Assembly (NCBI GenBank): GCA_026707445.1
Contig: JAPOWV010000011.1
Location: 19,927 to 83,926 of the forward strand
DNA from: Gammaproteobacteria bacterium
GTDB taxonomy: Bacteria; Pseudomonadota; Gammaproteobacteria; Steroidobacterales; Foliamicaceae
Direction: 5' to 3'
Length of the DNA: 64,000 nt
Shown here: piece by piece, positions 28,284 through 35,964 of the stretch
How the letters are laid out: each line of letters opens with the position of its first letter
How positions within the stretch are numbered: position 1 is the first letter of the stretch
Notes under the pieces: model-generated
Told to the model about the DNA's origin: nothing
The model's database searches: none
What the model saw: the letters and a program-made list of their open reading frames with translations, nothing else
Made by a program: the position numbers and the translations under genes

Positions 28284-29534
28284 ATGCGCGCCAGGCCCCG
28301 CCTCAAGAACCCCATCCTGCGCACGCGGCAGCCGCTGACGCCGCCCATGCCGCGCAGCCGCACGGCGCTGGGCCTGACGGCGCAGGCGGCCGAAGGGCGG
28401 TTCTCGCTGCAGCGTTGCGAATCCTGCGGCCAGGTGCAATACCCGCCGGCGGACAGCTGCCGGGCATGCCTTTCCGAGGAGTTGCCCTGGACGCCGATGT
28501 CGGGCCGCGGCGAGCTGCTGGCGCACACGACGCTGCATCACAGCAACGATCCTTTCTATCGCGAGCGGCTGCCCTGGCGCCTGGGACTGACCCGTCTCGA
28601 GGAGGGCCCCGTGGTCGTGGCGCACCTGCACCGCGATTGTCCGCCGCCACCCGCCGCGGTAGGCGTTACGGCTAAACTGGACAAGGCGGGCCGAGGCGTG
28701 CTGGTGGCGCTCCCCGCGGACGAACTGGGAGACATGAGCACGGATCCACGCCACGGCGAATTCTCTTGCGACCCCGAACACCGCAAGGTGCTGGTGACCG
28801 ACGGCAAAAGCCGGGTCGGCCAGGCGCTGGTGCGGGAGCTCGCTGCGGCGGGCGCGGCCGTCATCTGGGTGGGCCAGGCCGAGCCGTGGAAGAAATTCGC
28901 GGGCCAGGATGCCGTCGAAAAGCTGCCGCAGGTGACGGTAGTGCCGCTGGACCTGACCGATGAGCGCGGGGTCAAACGCATCGGTGCGGAGATCGGCGGG
29001 CGGGTGGACATTCTGATCAACAATGCCGAGGTGCACCGCACCCAGGGCATCGCGGACAGCGGCGGGGCGGAAATGGCCCGGCGGGAAATGGAGGTCAACT
29101 ACCTGGGTCTGTTGCGCCTGGCCCAGGCTTTCGGCCCGGCAATGCGCGCCCGCGGCGCCGACGGCGGCGCGTCGGCCACGGCCTGGGTGAACGTGCTGAG
29201 CGTTTACGCGCTGAGCAACTATCCGCCGCAGGGCACGTATTCGGCCTCGAAGGCCGCGGCGCTGTCGCTGTCGCAATGCCTGCGCGCGGAGATGCAGGAT
29301 GCGGGCATCCGGGTCGTGAACGTGTTCCCCGGCCCCATCGACGAGGAATGGAACCAGCCCCTGCCGCCGCCCAAACTGGCGCCGGAACGGCTGGCACGGG
29401 ACATCGTTCGGGGACTGCGCGACGGCGTCGAGGACCTGTTTCCCGGGGACGTGGCCAGGGAATGGCTGGCGCGATGGAAGGACAACCCCAAAGTGCTGGA
29501 GCGCGAACTGGCGCTGGAGTCGCGGACCGCATGA
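28284..29534 (+). CDS. Fusion protein: N-terminal DUF35-type Zn-ribbon/OB-fold domain plus C-terminal short-chain dehydrogenase
   Basis: Zn ribbon CESCGQVQYPPADSCRAC followed by OB-like TTLHH...VVVAHL. Then an SDR with a degenerate glycine motif (VTDGKSRVG), NNAE and YSASK (YxxxK). Confidence 0.7.
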   Translation: MRARPRLKNPILRTRQPLTPPMPRSRTALGLTAQAAEGRFSLQRCESCGQVQYPPADSCRACLSEELPWTPMSGRGELLAHTTLHHSNDPFYRERLPWRLGLTRLEEGPVVVAHLHRDCPPPPAAVGVTAKLDKAGRGVLVALPADELGDMSTDPRHGEFSCDPEHRKVLVTDGKSRVGQALVRELAAAGAAVIWVGQAEPWKKFAGQDAVEKLPQVTVVPLDLTDERGVKRIGAEIGGRVDILINNAEVHRTQGIADSGGAEMARREMEVNYLGLLRLAQAFGPAMRARGADGGASATAWVNVLSVYALSNYPPQGTYSASKAAALSLSQCLRAEMQDAGIRVVNVFPGPIDEEWNQPLPPPKLAPERLARDIVRGLRDGVEDLFPGDVAREWLARWKDNPKVLERELALESRTA

Positions 29535-30259
29535 GCGGGAACCGGGTGTGGCTGACGGGCGCCAGTTCGGGCATCGGCGCCTGTATGGTGGAAATGCTGG
29601 TGGAGCAGGGCAGCGAGGTGATCTGCTTCTCGCGCCGGCCCGCGGCGACCGATTCCGGCGCGGTGAAATCCATTGCTGTCGACCTCTCCGATCCGGAAGC
29701 GACCCGGCAGGCGTTCGAGGAAGCGGCGGGAAGCGTTCCGTCGAACCGGCTGGTGCACAACGCGGGCGTGATTCGCGAGCGGCCGCTGCCGGAAGTCACG
29801 CAGGACGACATGGACTCGCTGGCGCGCCTGCACATGGGCGCCGCGGTGGCGATGGTGCAGGCCAATCTCGACTGCATGTGCGAGGCCGGCTGGGGACGCA
29901 TCGTGCTGATGTCCAGCCGCGCGGTCGTGGGACTCGCCAAACGCACCGCTTACGCGTCCACCAAGGCCGGCATGCTCGGCCTGGCGCGCACCTGGGCGCT
30001 GGAACTGGCGCCGCTGAAGGTGACCGCCAACGTCATCCTGCCGGGCCCGATCGCCGAGACCGAGATGTTCGACGACGTCGTTCCTCCCGGAAGCGACCGC
30101 GCCGGGCAACTGGCTTCCTCGATTCCGATCGGGCGCCTCGGCCGGCCCGATGACGTCGCCCGCGCCGCCCTGTTCTTCCTCGACCGCGGCAACGGCTTCG
30201 TGACCGGCCAGGCGCTCTACGTTTGCGGCGGCACCTCGGTCGGTTCGTTGACGCTGTGA
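29531..30259 (+). CDS. Short-chain dehydrogenase/reductase
   Basis: ATG at 29531 (ATGA overlap). TGASSGIG, HNAG and YASTK motifs. Confidence 0.85.
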   Translation: MSGNRVWLTGASSGIGACMVEMLVEQGSEVICFSRRPAATDSGAVKSIAVDLSDPEATRQAFEEAAGSVPSNRLVHNAGVIRERPLPEVTQDDMDSLARLHMGAAVAMVQANLDCMCEAGWGRIVLMSSRAVVGLAKRTAYASTKAGMLGLARTWALELAPLKVTANVILPGPIAETEMFDDVVPPGSDRAGQLASSIPIGRLGRPDDVARAALFFLDRGNGFVTGQALYVCGGTSVGSLTL

Positions 30260-31038
30260 CCGAACTGCTCCAGGACCTTCTGGCGGGAATCGCCGCGGAC
30301 AAGCTCAAGGTCGTCGACCTTACGCACACGCTGGGTCCATCCTTTCCCCAGCTCAGCCTGCCGCCGGAAATGGGCCAGGCGCTGCCTTACCGAAGCGAGG
30401 AGATTTCCCGCTACGACGGCCGCGGCCCCGCCTGGTACTGGAACAACTTCACGCTCTGCGAGCACACCGGAACGCACTTCGATGCGCCGATTCACTGGGT
30501 TTCCGGTCGCGAGCTGCCCAACAACTCGGTCGATACGATTCCACCCGAACACATGATCGCGCCGGCCTGCGTGATCGACTGCACCGCCGACGCCGAGCAC
30601 GACGCCGACTTCCTGCTGACCCGCGAGCGCCTGGAGGAATGGGAGGCCGAGCATGGCCGGATCCCGGCCGGCTCATGGGTGCTGATGCGCACCGGCTGGG
30701 CGCGCCGCGTGAACGATCCGGTGGCGTTTCAGAACTTCGACGAGATCGGCCAGCACACGCCGGGCCCGGACGTGGATTGCGTCCGTTTCCTGGTCGACGA
30801 GCGCGACGTGCTGGGCTTCGGCACCGAGACCATAGGCACCGACAGCGGCCAGGCGCAGCGGCTGAATCCGCCGTATCCCTGCCACTACTACATGCACGGC
30901 GCGGGCAAGTACGGACTGCAATGCCTGAACAACCTCGACCGGCTTCCGCCCACCGGTGCGGTCCTGTTCACCGCCCCGCTCAAGCTGGAGGAAGGCTCCG
31001 GCAGCCCCCTGCGCGTCCTCGCCCTCACTCCCGCCTGA
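30256..31038 (+). CDS. Putative cyclase / kynurenine-formamidase-like metal hydrolase
   Basis: HxGTHxDxPxH motif (CEHTGTHFDAPIHW). GTG at 30256 forms a GTGA overlap with the upstream stop. The ATG at 30223 is an alternative. Confidence 0.75.
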   Translation: MTELLQDLLAGIAADKLKVVDLTHTLGPSFPQLSLPPEMGQALPYRSEEISRYDGRGPAWYWNNFTLCEHTGTHFDAPIHWVSGRELPNNSVDTIPPEHMIAPACVIDCTADAEHDADFLLTRERLEEWEAEHGRIPAGSWVLMRTGWARRVNDPVAFQNFDEIGQHTPGPDVDCVRFLVDERDVLGFGTETIGTDSGQAQRLNPPYPCHYYMHGAGKYGLQCLNNLDRLPPTGAVLFTAPLKLEEGSGSPLRVLALTPA

Positions 31039-31064
31039 AAGCCCGCCCGCGACGGGACGCGGCA

Positions 31065-31292
31065 TTAGCCGCCCTGCATAACCCTTGGGGCCGGACCGCT
31101 CCCGGTCTGAGGCGTCGAGGCCATCATGATCCCTTTCAGTTCCCCGATCGCGAGCGCGTTCGCGTGTCCCTGCTTCTCCAGCCGCTCAAGAATATCGCGG
31201 TTGGCGCGCACCTCGGCGATCACTTCGTCCAACCGTTCTTCCGAGAGCGTATGAAGATTGTCAATGGCGGTGGCAATCCGTTTGATGTCCAT
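31065..31292 (-). CDS. Small hypothetical protein (75 aa, helical/coiled-coil-like)
   Basis: Internal ATG at 31292 of ORF 31065..31370, preceded by AGGAGG 5 nt upstream. MDIKRIATAIDNLHTLSEERLDEVIAEVRANRDILERLEKQGH... No motif recognised. Confidence 0.45.
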   Translation of the reverse strand: MDIKRIATAIDNLHTLSEERLDEVIAEVRANRDILERLEKQGHANALAIGELKGIMMASTPQTGSGPAPRVMQGG

Positions 31293-31473
31293 ATATTCCT
31301 CCTGTTCACGCCCGCCACTCAGACATAACGCCCACCCTTCAGGCTCATGTCCGTATTGGATTACGCTCACGGAAGGTAGCAGTGCCAGCGCTCATGTAGA
31401 CTCGCCGTTGACCGGTTCTATGCCGTCGCCGTCTCTTGGGCATTCATTCACTATAATTTGGGAAAGAAACGCA

Positions 31474-32670
31474 ATGAACTTCAAAGTCTACGGTCCATTC
31501 AAGCTCAATACAGAGTCTGATACCAGATGGATTGATCAAGCAGAGATCAAAAAATTCTGGGTCGAGGTGGCGAAGCATGAAAACCTGGGAAAAGCCTGCG
31601 GCGTGTATTTGTTTTGTGTTGAAGGCAAGCAGAAGGGGGTGAGTAAGACTACAAACCTGCCGTGGTATGTGGGTAAAGCAGAGAGACTGACTTTCAAGCA
31701 AGAGTGCTTTAACCACCGAAATCAGCTTTCATACAACAAGGTCATTTCGCAACTGTATAGAGAAGTTACCGCAATCCACTTCTATTTCGTTGCTCGCCAT
31801 GATGAGGACGGAAAGTTCTCCGCTCCCGCCAAGAAAGATGAAAAAACACCATATGAAGGAGTGCGCTTAGTTGAACGATTATTTATGCGAAAGTCACTGG
31901 CGGCGAATAATGACTTATTGAATATGAGGGACTTGACGAACGCAAGACGAACACGCATAAGGAACATATTGAACTGGTCGGTTCCAGGGAGAGACGATAG
32001 CAGCGTAAGGGCGCTCAAGGACAGCCTGGGCATCAATGATCATGTATCGCTTTTAGAGGACGAGTCTGATGCGAAGAATTTGTATCAGGTGTATGGTCCG
32101 TACCACTTCCCCACTTATAAGACTACTACTAAAGCAGTAGGCAAGGAGTTTATTTCAGCGTTCTGGGATCAATTTGCCAGTAAGCCCAAAAGCATACCCG
32201 ATTTCCCTAAAGCGACTGGTGTGTATGTGATCGGAGTTCGTTGGAAAGATAGCATCACTCCGCACCACATTGGAACAAGTAAAAGAACCTCGTATCAAGA
32301 TGCCTGGAAGGGGGAGAGAGGTCGGATTGCCGGCATCGTCCGACAACGAGGCGCGCCAGTTGTTTTCTTTTTGCCAAGAGTTTCCCCTAAGTCACATCAC
32401 AAAGTCGAGAAAATCAAGAAAACTTCCTCGATATCGAAGAATATGGAATTTGTCGAAAAATGGCTCCTTAGATACGGCATCGCAAAGAACCGAGAGATCA
32501 CTACTGGTGAGGGCGAAACTGCCAACATAATGAGAAAATTGCATGTTGAAGGATTTATCAAGCCCCAACGCGGAAAGCGGAGCAAGTCAGTCAGTCAGTT
32601 AAGGGAATTGTTCGAGAAGAAGAATAAACAGGAGGGTGAACGGCGAACTGCGGATTCTGCCAAGCAGTGA
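31474..32670 (+). CDS. Hypothetical protein with an internal duplication, two GIY-YIG-like modules (398 aa)
   Basis: ATG at 31474 within ORF 31258..32670. aa 5-190 and aa 206-398 align: VYGPF/VYGPY, FW/FW, GVYLF...YVGKAER / GVYVI...HIGTSKR, FYF/VFF, VERLF...N / VEKWL...N. Basic C-terminal tail. The CDS call is fairly secure. The nuclease-fold assignment is inference. Confidence 0.6.
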   Translation: MNFKVYGPFKLNTESDTRWIDQAEIKKFWVEVAKHENLGKACGVYLFCVEGKQKGVSKTTNLPWYVGKAERLTFKQECFNHRNQLSYNKVISQLYREVTAIHFYFVARHDEDGKFSAPAKKDEKTPYEGVRLVERLFMRKSLAANNDLLNMRDLTNARRTRIRNILNWSVPGRDDSSVRALKDSLGINDHVSLLEDESDAKNLYQVYGPYHFPTYKTTTKAVGKEFISAFWDQFASKPKSIPDFPKATGVYVIGVRWKDSITPHHIGTSKRTSYQDAWKGERGRIAGIVRQRGAPVVFFLPRVSPKSHHKVEKIKKTSSISKNMEFVEKWLLRYGIAKNREITTGEGETANIMRKLHVEGFIKPQRGKRSKSVSQLRELFEKKNKQEGERRTADSAKQ

Positions 32671-32695
32671 AGTTGAAAACGGAGCTATCGGTGAT

Positions 32696-33499
32696 TTAGC
32701 CTGAATCGTCTTGTTCGGAGCGCCTTGAACATTTCGAGGCAGGGCTTTGCATCTTGCGGGCACGAAGGACGACGGGTGTCGGTTGATCTTCCACAACGCG
32801 GTAGGCTACGAATACGTGCTCGCGGCCGGCGTTTGGGTTGGGAACTTCTGTAGTCGTCATTTCGTTCGTGCGCAGATCGAAGCTGTAAACCACGACAATC
32901 TGATCTACTTCTCGCCGAGTCAACCTGCCAACTTCAACCAGGTCGTCATCGACTGCGTGCTCTTCGGGAAGAAGCAGGGTTCGGTTATGTGCCGTGCCTT
33001 TTGCAAGCGCATACGGGGTTGGCGCCACGTACATCTTGCGGTCTCGGACCAGGATGTCGCCGTAGCTGCCGAAACCGCGAAAGCTCTTGTTCTCATGGAC
33101 ATACGTGTTGTCGGCGTTGAGAAAGCTGCCGTGGCAAATTACAAGATCAAGCACGGGATATTGATCACCGTCAGGCTTCCTGGGATAGCGTCCGAATACG
33201 TAGTAAACCTGCCGGCCGTTATGTTCGCCGCACGGTGGCTGACTGTTGCAGTCATAGTTGGCCTTGCGGCCCGGATAGGCGAGCCCCTTGAGTTCGAAGC
33301 CTTCCGTAAACTTGACAAGCCGGAAATCGGGGTAGGAATTGCGGCCGGGCGAGTCAAAGTTGAGGCCCACGCCTTCGAGTCTTGCCTTGAACCAATTCTG
33401 GAAATGGAACTCCTTGTCTCTCCGGCCTTCACGCTTTATGAGGTCTCCGCGATCCATCGCCTGAACGCAGGCCTTGAATAGAGTCGAGGCGTTGGACAT
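32696..33499 (-). CDS. PD-(D/E)xK nuclease-fold protein (candidate restriction endonuclease)
   Basis: 267 aa. E30 (KEFHFQNWF), P57-D58 (SYPDFRLV) and E69-L-K71 (GFELKG) give a canonical E...PD...ExK arrangement. Starts 3 nt after the methyltransferase stop. Confidence 0.55.
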   Translation of the reverse strand: MSNASTLFKACVQAMDRGDLIKREGRRDKEFHFQNWFKARLEGVGLNFDSPGRNSYPDFRLVKFTEGFELKGLAYPGRKANYDCNSQPPCGEHNGRQVYYVFGRYPRKPDGDQYPVLDLVICHGSFLNADNTYVHENKSFRGFGSYGDILVRDRKMYVAPTPYALAKGTAHNRTLLLPEEHAVDDDLVEVGRLTRREVDQIVVVYSFDLRTNEMTTTEVPNPNAGREHVFVAYRVVEDQPTPVVLRARKMQSPASKCSRRSEQDDSG

Positions 33500-33502
33500 G
33501 CC

Positions 33503-35758
33503 TTAACCCGCTTCAACGCACATGCGTGGTTCCTGCTGGAGCGAATGTGCTTGATCGATCATCGCATTCGCCTTGGGCAGTGATTCGTCCAGCAGGCGCA
33601 GGGCCAGTTCGGTCGATGGCAGGTGCGAGAGTTCACGCAAAAGTTGGGCCATTACGATAATGCGCGCATCATTGCGGCTAAGGCTGCGTCCAGCTTCAAT
33701 CAGCCGAATGACCTGCTTCGTTACCCGAGTTTCAATCGGCCGGCAAATATCTCCATTCACCGAAATCGCTTTTAGCTGCGACCGTTTGCGGCACACTACA
33801 ATGATATCGAGATCAATAGGCTCCTTGGCTTGATGCTTGGGCATCGCAACCGACATTTCAGCCTTGATCGGGTGGGTTGCGGTGACTCCGAACCCTGAGT
33901 CCATGAGAGCACGCAGGACACAACGCCAGCCTTCGGGCCGGGAATGGTGATAAGTAAAAGCGAGCACCCCGTCATCCTTCAGAACACGGCAAGCTTCTTG
34001 CAATACGCTGCACAGGCGATCGGCGAAGTCGTCCGCTTCCGCGGTCTGCACTTCACGAGCCGAGCGCGTTGTATCCTTCAGCCGGGATCCGTCCGGGTCG
34101 AGAATGTGACGCTGCCAAACATGGAAGAAATCGGCAAGCTGCGAGTAATGGACATTGTCGAAAAAAGGTGGGTCAGTCAGGACGGCATCTACGGAAGAAT
34201 CCGGTAAGTCAGTCGCGCTGGAATCCCCGCAGGATAGATAAACGTGCCGGCCCTCAGAGAATTCGGTGTAGCTGGTTGCCGTATCGAACCCTATGTTTTC
34301 GGACAAGCCATATACCTTGTTTGTGGTCCGCTTCTTTGCCCTCGTGACAAGCTGGAGTTCGAAAGGGTTGTCTGCATAGTCGAGCGCACGCCGTATGCGG
34401 CCCTCGAACATCGTAGTGAATGATCCTGAACTCTTTGGCGTGCCCCAAAGGTTGGCTTCCAGCGGCGTCCGTTCGGGCTTGAGAATGTGGTGAGCGAACA
34501 TGTGCCGGACAGCCCCGGTGCCTTCGCCCTTATAGGAGGCAAACATATTGTTGAACTCCAGTGCGCCGGAAAAAAGGCAGGTAAAGAGCTCGCGAATGAC
34601 AGGGTCGCCGATTAACCTGATCCGATCAGCCAGAATTGATAGACATAGCAATTGGCGAGCGTTGAACATCTCGTGCCAATATCGGTAGTTGTACCCCAAG
34701 ACCTGATTCGTGTTATAGCCGGGGCAAATCTTCACAACCGGAAACGGGTCATTCCTGGTAGCAAGCAGACGCTTTGCCTCGTCATAGAGTTCGCGGTCTT
34801 CGTCTGAAGCGGGAAGATAGGCTTTTGTCCCGTCAGGCATGAGAACGAGCTTGGCATACAGACGGTGATCCGGCGGGATGTCTTCCGCCCGAATCGACTT
34901 GACTATTCGGAAGCTGTCGGCGCAGTGGGGACATGTCGCTATCTGTCCATTTGCCGGGCCACGGTTTGGGTCGAAGGACTCCCCACATGAACAACAGCGC
35001 TTCTCAGTGTCCTGTATGTGGACTTCATTGATCGCATCGCAAGACGGACAAACAGCCTGTGCTCTCGGGAATTTTTTCGGGTATGCGTGCTGCGCGAAAA
35101 TCATCGAAGAAAAGAGGTCAACGGATTCTTCGCAAGATGGGCACTCGACCACCTTTACCCAAAAAAAGTAAAGCACGTCCGCGAATTTGCCGTCGGGAAG
35201 CTGAGTACTGTAGAAGTTTCTTATTCTGTCGGCGACATCATTTTCAATTGCACGAAACGTACTGAGGATGGCCTTGCGGTCATGGACGGAGAGCGCGCAC
35301 TTCACCAGGAAATGGGCAACCGGGTTGATATCGCGGCCCACTGCCCGCGCACCCAATTTGGCCGCCTCCAACAGCGTTGTGCCGCTGCCCATGAACGGAT
35401 CGAAAACAACCCGATCCCGAATGCGCACCGGTTTGTGGAAGAGTTCCAGTTGGTTAATTCCGCTCGGCGCAAACGTACCGATTACCATTGCGCGGAATAC
35501 GGTCCCAAGTCTCTGTGCCCACCATTTGTGAATATGGGTTGTAGGCCGGTTGATTTCCTTTCTCCAACTTTCCTTCTCGGCAATTTCGCTTAGCGCTTCA
35601 AAAGGAAAACTCTCGTCCTCGATCGCACGCGGACCGGAAGTCGGTGTCAGATGGATGACTGCTTCCGAGGCATCTTCGAAAGGAAGCTGGAGAGTGCTGT
35701 CCGCATCCGCAAAGGTCTGCCAGCGAGATAGGGAACTCGATGTACTCATGGGAGGCAT
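33503..35758 (-). CDS. DNA methyltransferase with Zn ribbons (DUF1156/COG1743-like, probably N6-adenine)
   Basis: 751 aa. DUF1156-like N-terminus (FPFEALSEIAEKESWRKE...HIHKWWAQR...RA). SAM motif I VFDPFMGSGTT (aa 118-128). CxxC pairs at aa 206/209, 237/240, 255-258 and 276/279. FNARQLL. Motif IV TDPPFF (aa 528-533). Confidence 0.85.
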   Translation of the reverse strand: MPPMSTSSSLSRWQTFADADSTLQLPFEDASEAVIHLTPTSGPRAIEDESFPFEALSEIAEKESWRKEINRPTTHIHKWWAQRLGTVFRAMVIGTFAPSGINQLELFHKPVRIRDRVVFDPFMGSGTTLLEAAKLGARAVGRDINPVAHFLVKCALSVHDRKAILSTFRAIENDVADRIRNFYSTQLPDGKFADVLYFFWVKVVECPSCEESVDLFSSMIFAQHAYPKKFPRAQAVCPSCDAINEVHIQDTEKRCCSCGESFDPNRGPANGQIATCPHCADSFRIVKSIRAEDIPPDHRLYAKLVLMPDGTKAYLPASDEDRELYDEAKRLLATRNDPFPVVKICPGYNTNQVLGYNYRYWHEMFNARQLLCLSILADRIRLIGDPVIRELFTCLFSGALEFNNMFASYKGEGTGAVRHMFAHHILKPERTPLEANLWGTPKSSGSFTTMFEGRIRRALDYADNPFELQLVTRAKKRTTNKVYGLSENIGFDTATSYTEFSEGRHVYLSCGDSSATDLPDSSVDAVLTDPPFFDNVHYSQLADFFHVWQRHILDPDGSRLKDTTRSAREVQTAEADDFADRLCSVLQEACRVLKDDGVLAFTYHHSRPEGWRCVLRALMDSGFGVTATHPIKAEMSVAMPKHQAKEPIDLDIIVVCRKRSQLKAISVNGDICRPIETRVTKQVIRLIEAGRSLSRNDARIIVMAQLLRELSHLPSTELALRLLDESLPKANAMIDQAHSLQQEPRMCVEAG

Positions 35759-35964
35759 CCGGGAAACCCATTGAGCCAGAGAGGCATAGATGAGCGCTAA
35801 TTTACACGATATGGAAGGAGCGCGCGCAATTATCTACTAACGCTAATCTCACGACTGCCTGAGCGATGTCCTGATGGATGGAAGCTTGCATAATATTTAC
35901 AAGTGCTTGCATTGTCCTGCTGCGCGCATTACCTATCATCAGACTTCAGGAGGAAACCCTGTCC

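Larger units (their letters stand above)
31040..35964. other. AT-richer genomic island without mobility genes (candidate restriction/defence island)
   Basis: Hand-counted GC: 31861-31920 = 25/60, 34561-34620 = 33/60, against 30961-31020 = 43/60 in the flank. Carries four ORFs unrelated to the flanking metabolism. Boundaries are approximate. Confidence 0.7.

Noticed and set aside
31258-31473. Upstream extension of the GIY-YIG-like ORF to 31258 (470 aa)
   Set aside because: The extension overlaps the 75-aa gene on the other strand and the TATAAT-containing intergenic region. The duplicated-module alignment begins right at the ATG at 31474.
31075-35893. TGCATAA at 31075-31081 and 35887-35893 as a possible target-site duplication of the island
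   Set aside because: A 7-nt match in AT-rich DNA is expected by chance. There are no inverted terminal repeats and no recombinase gene.
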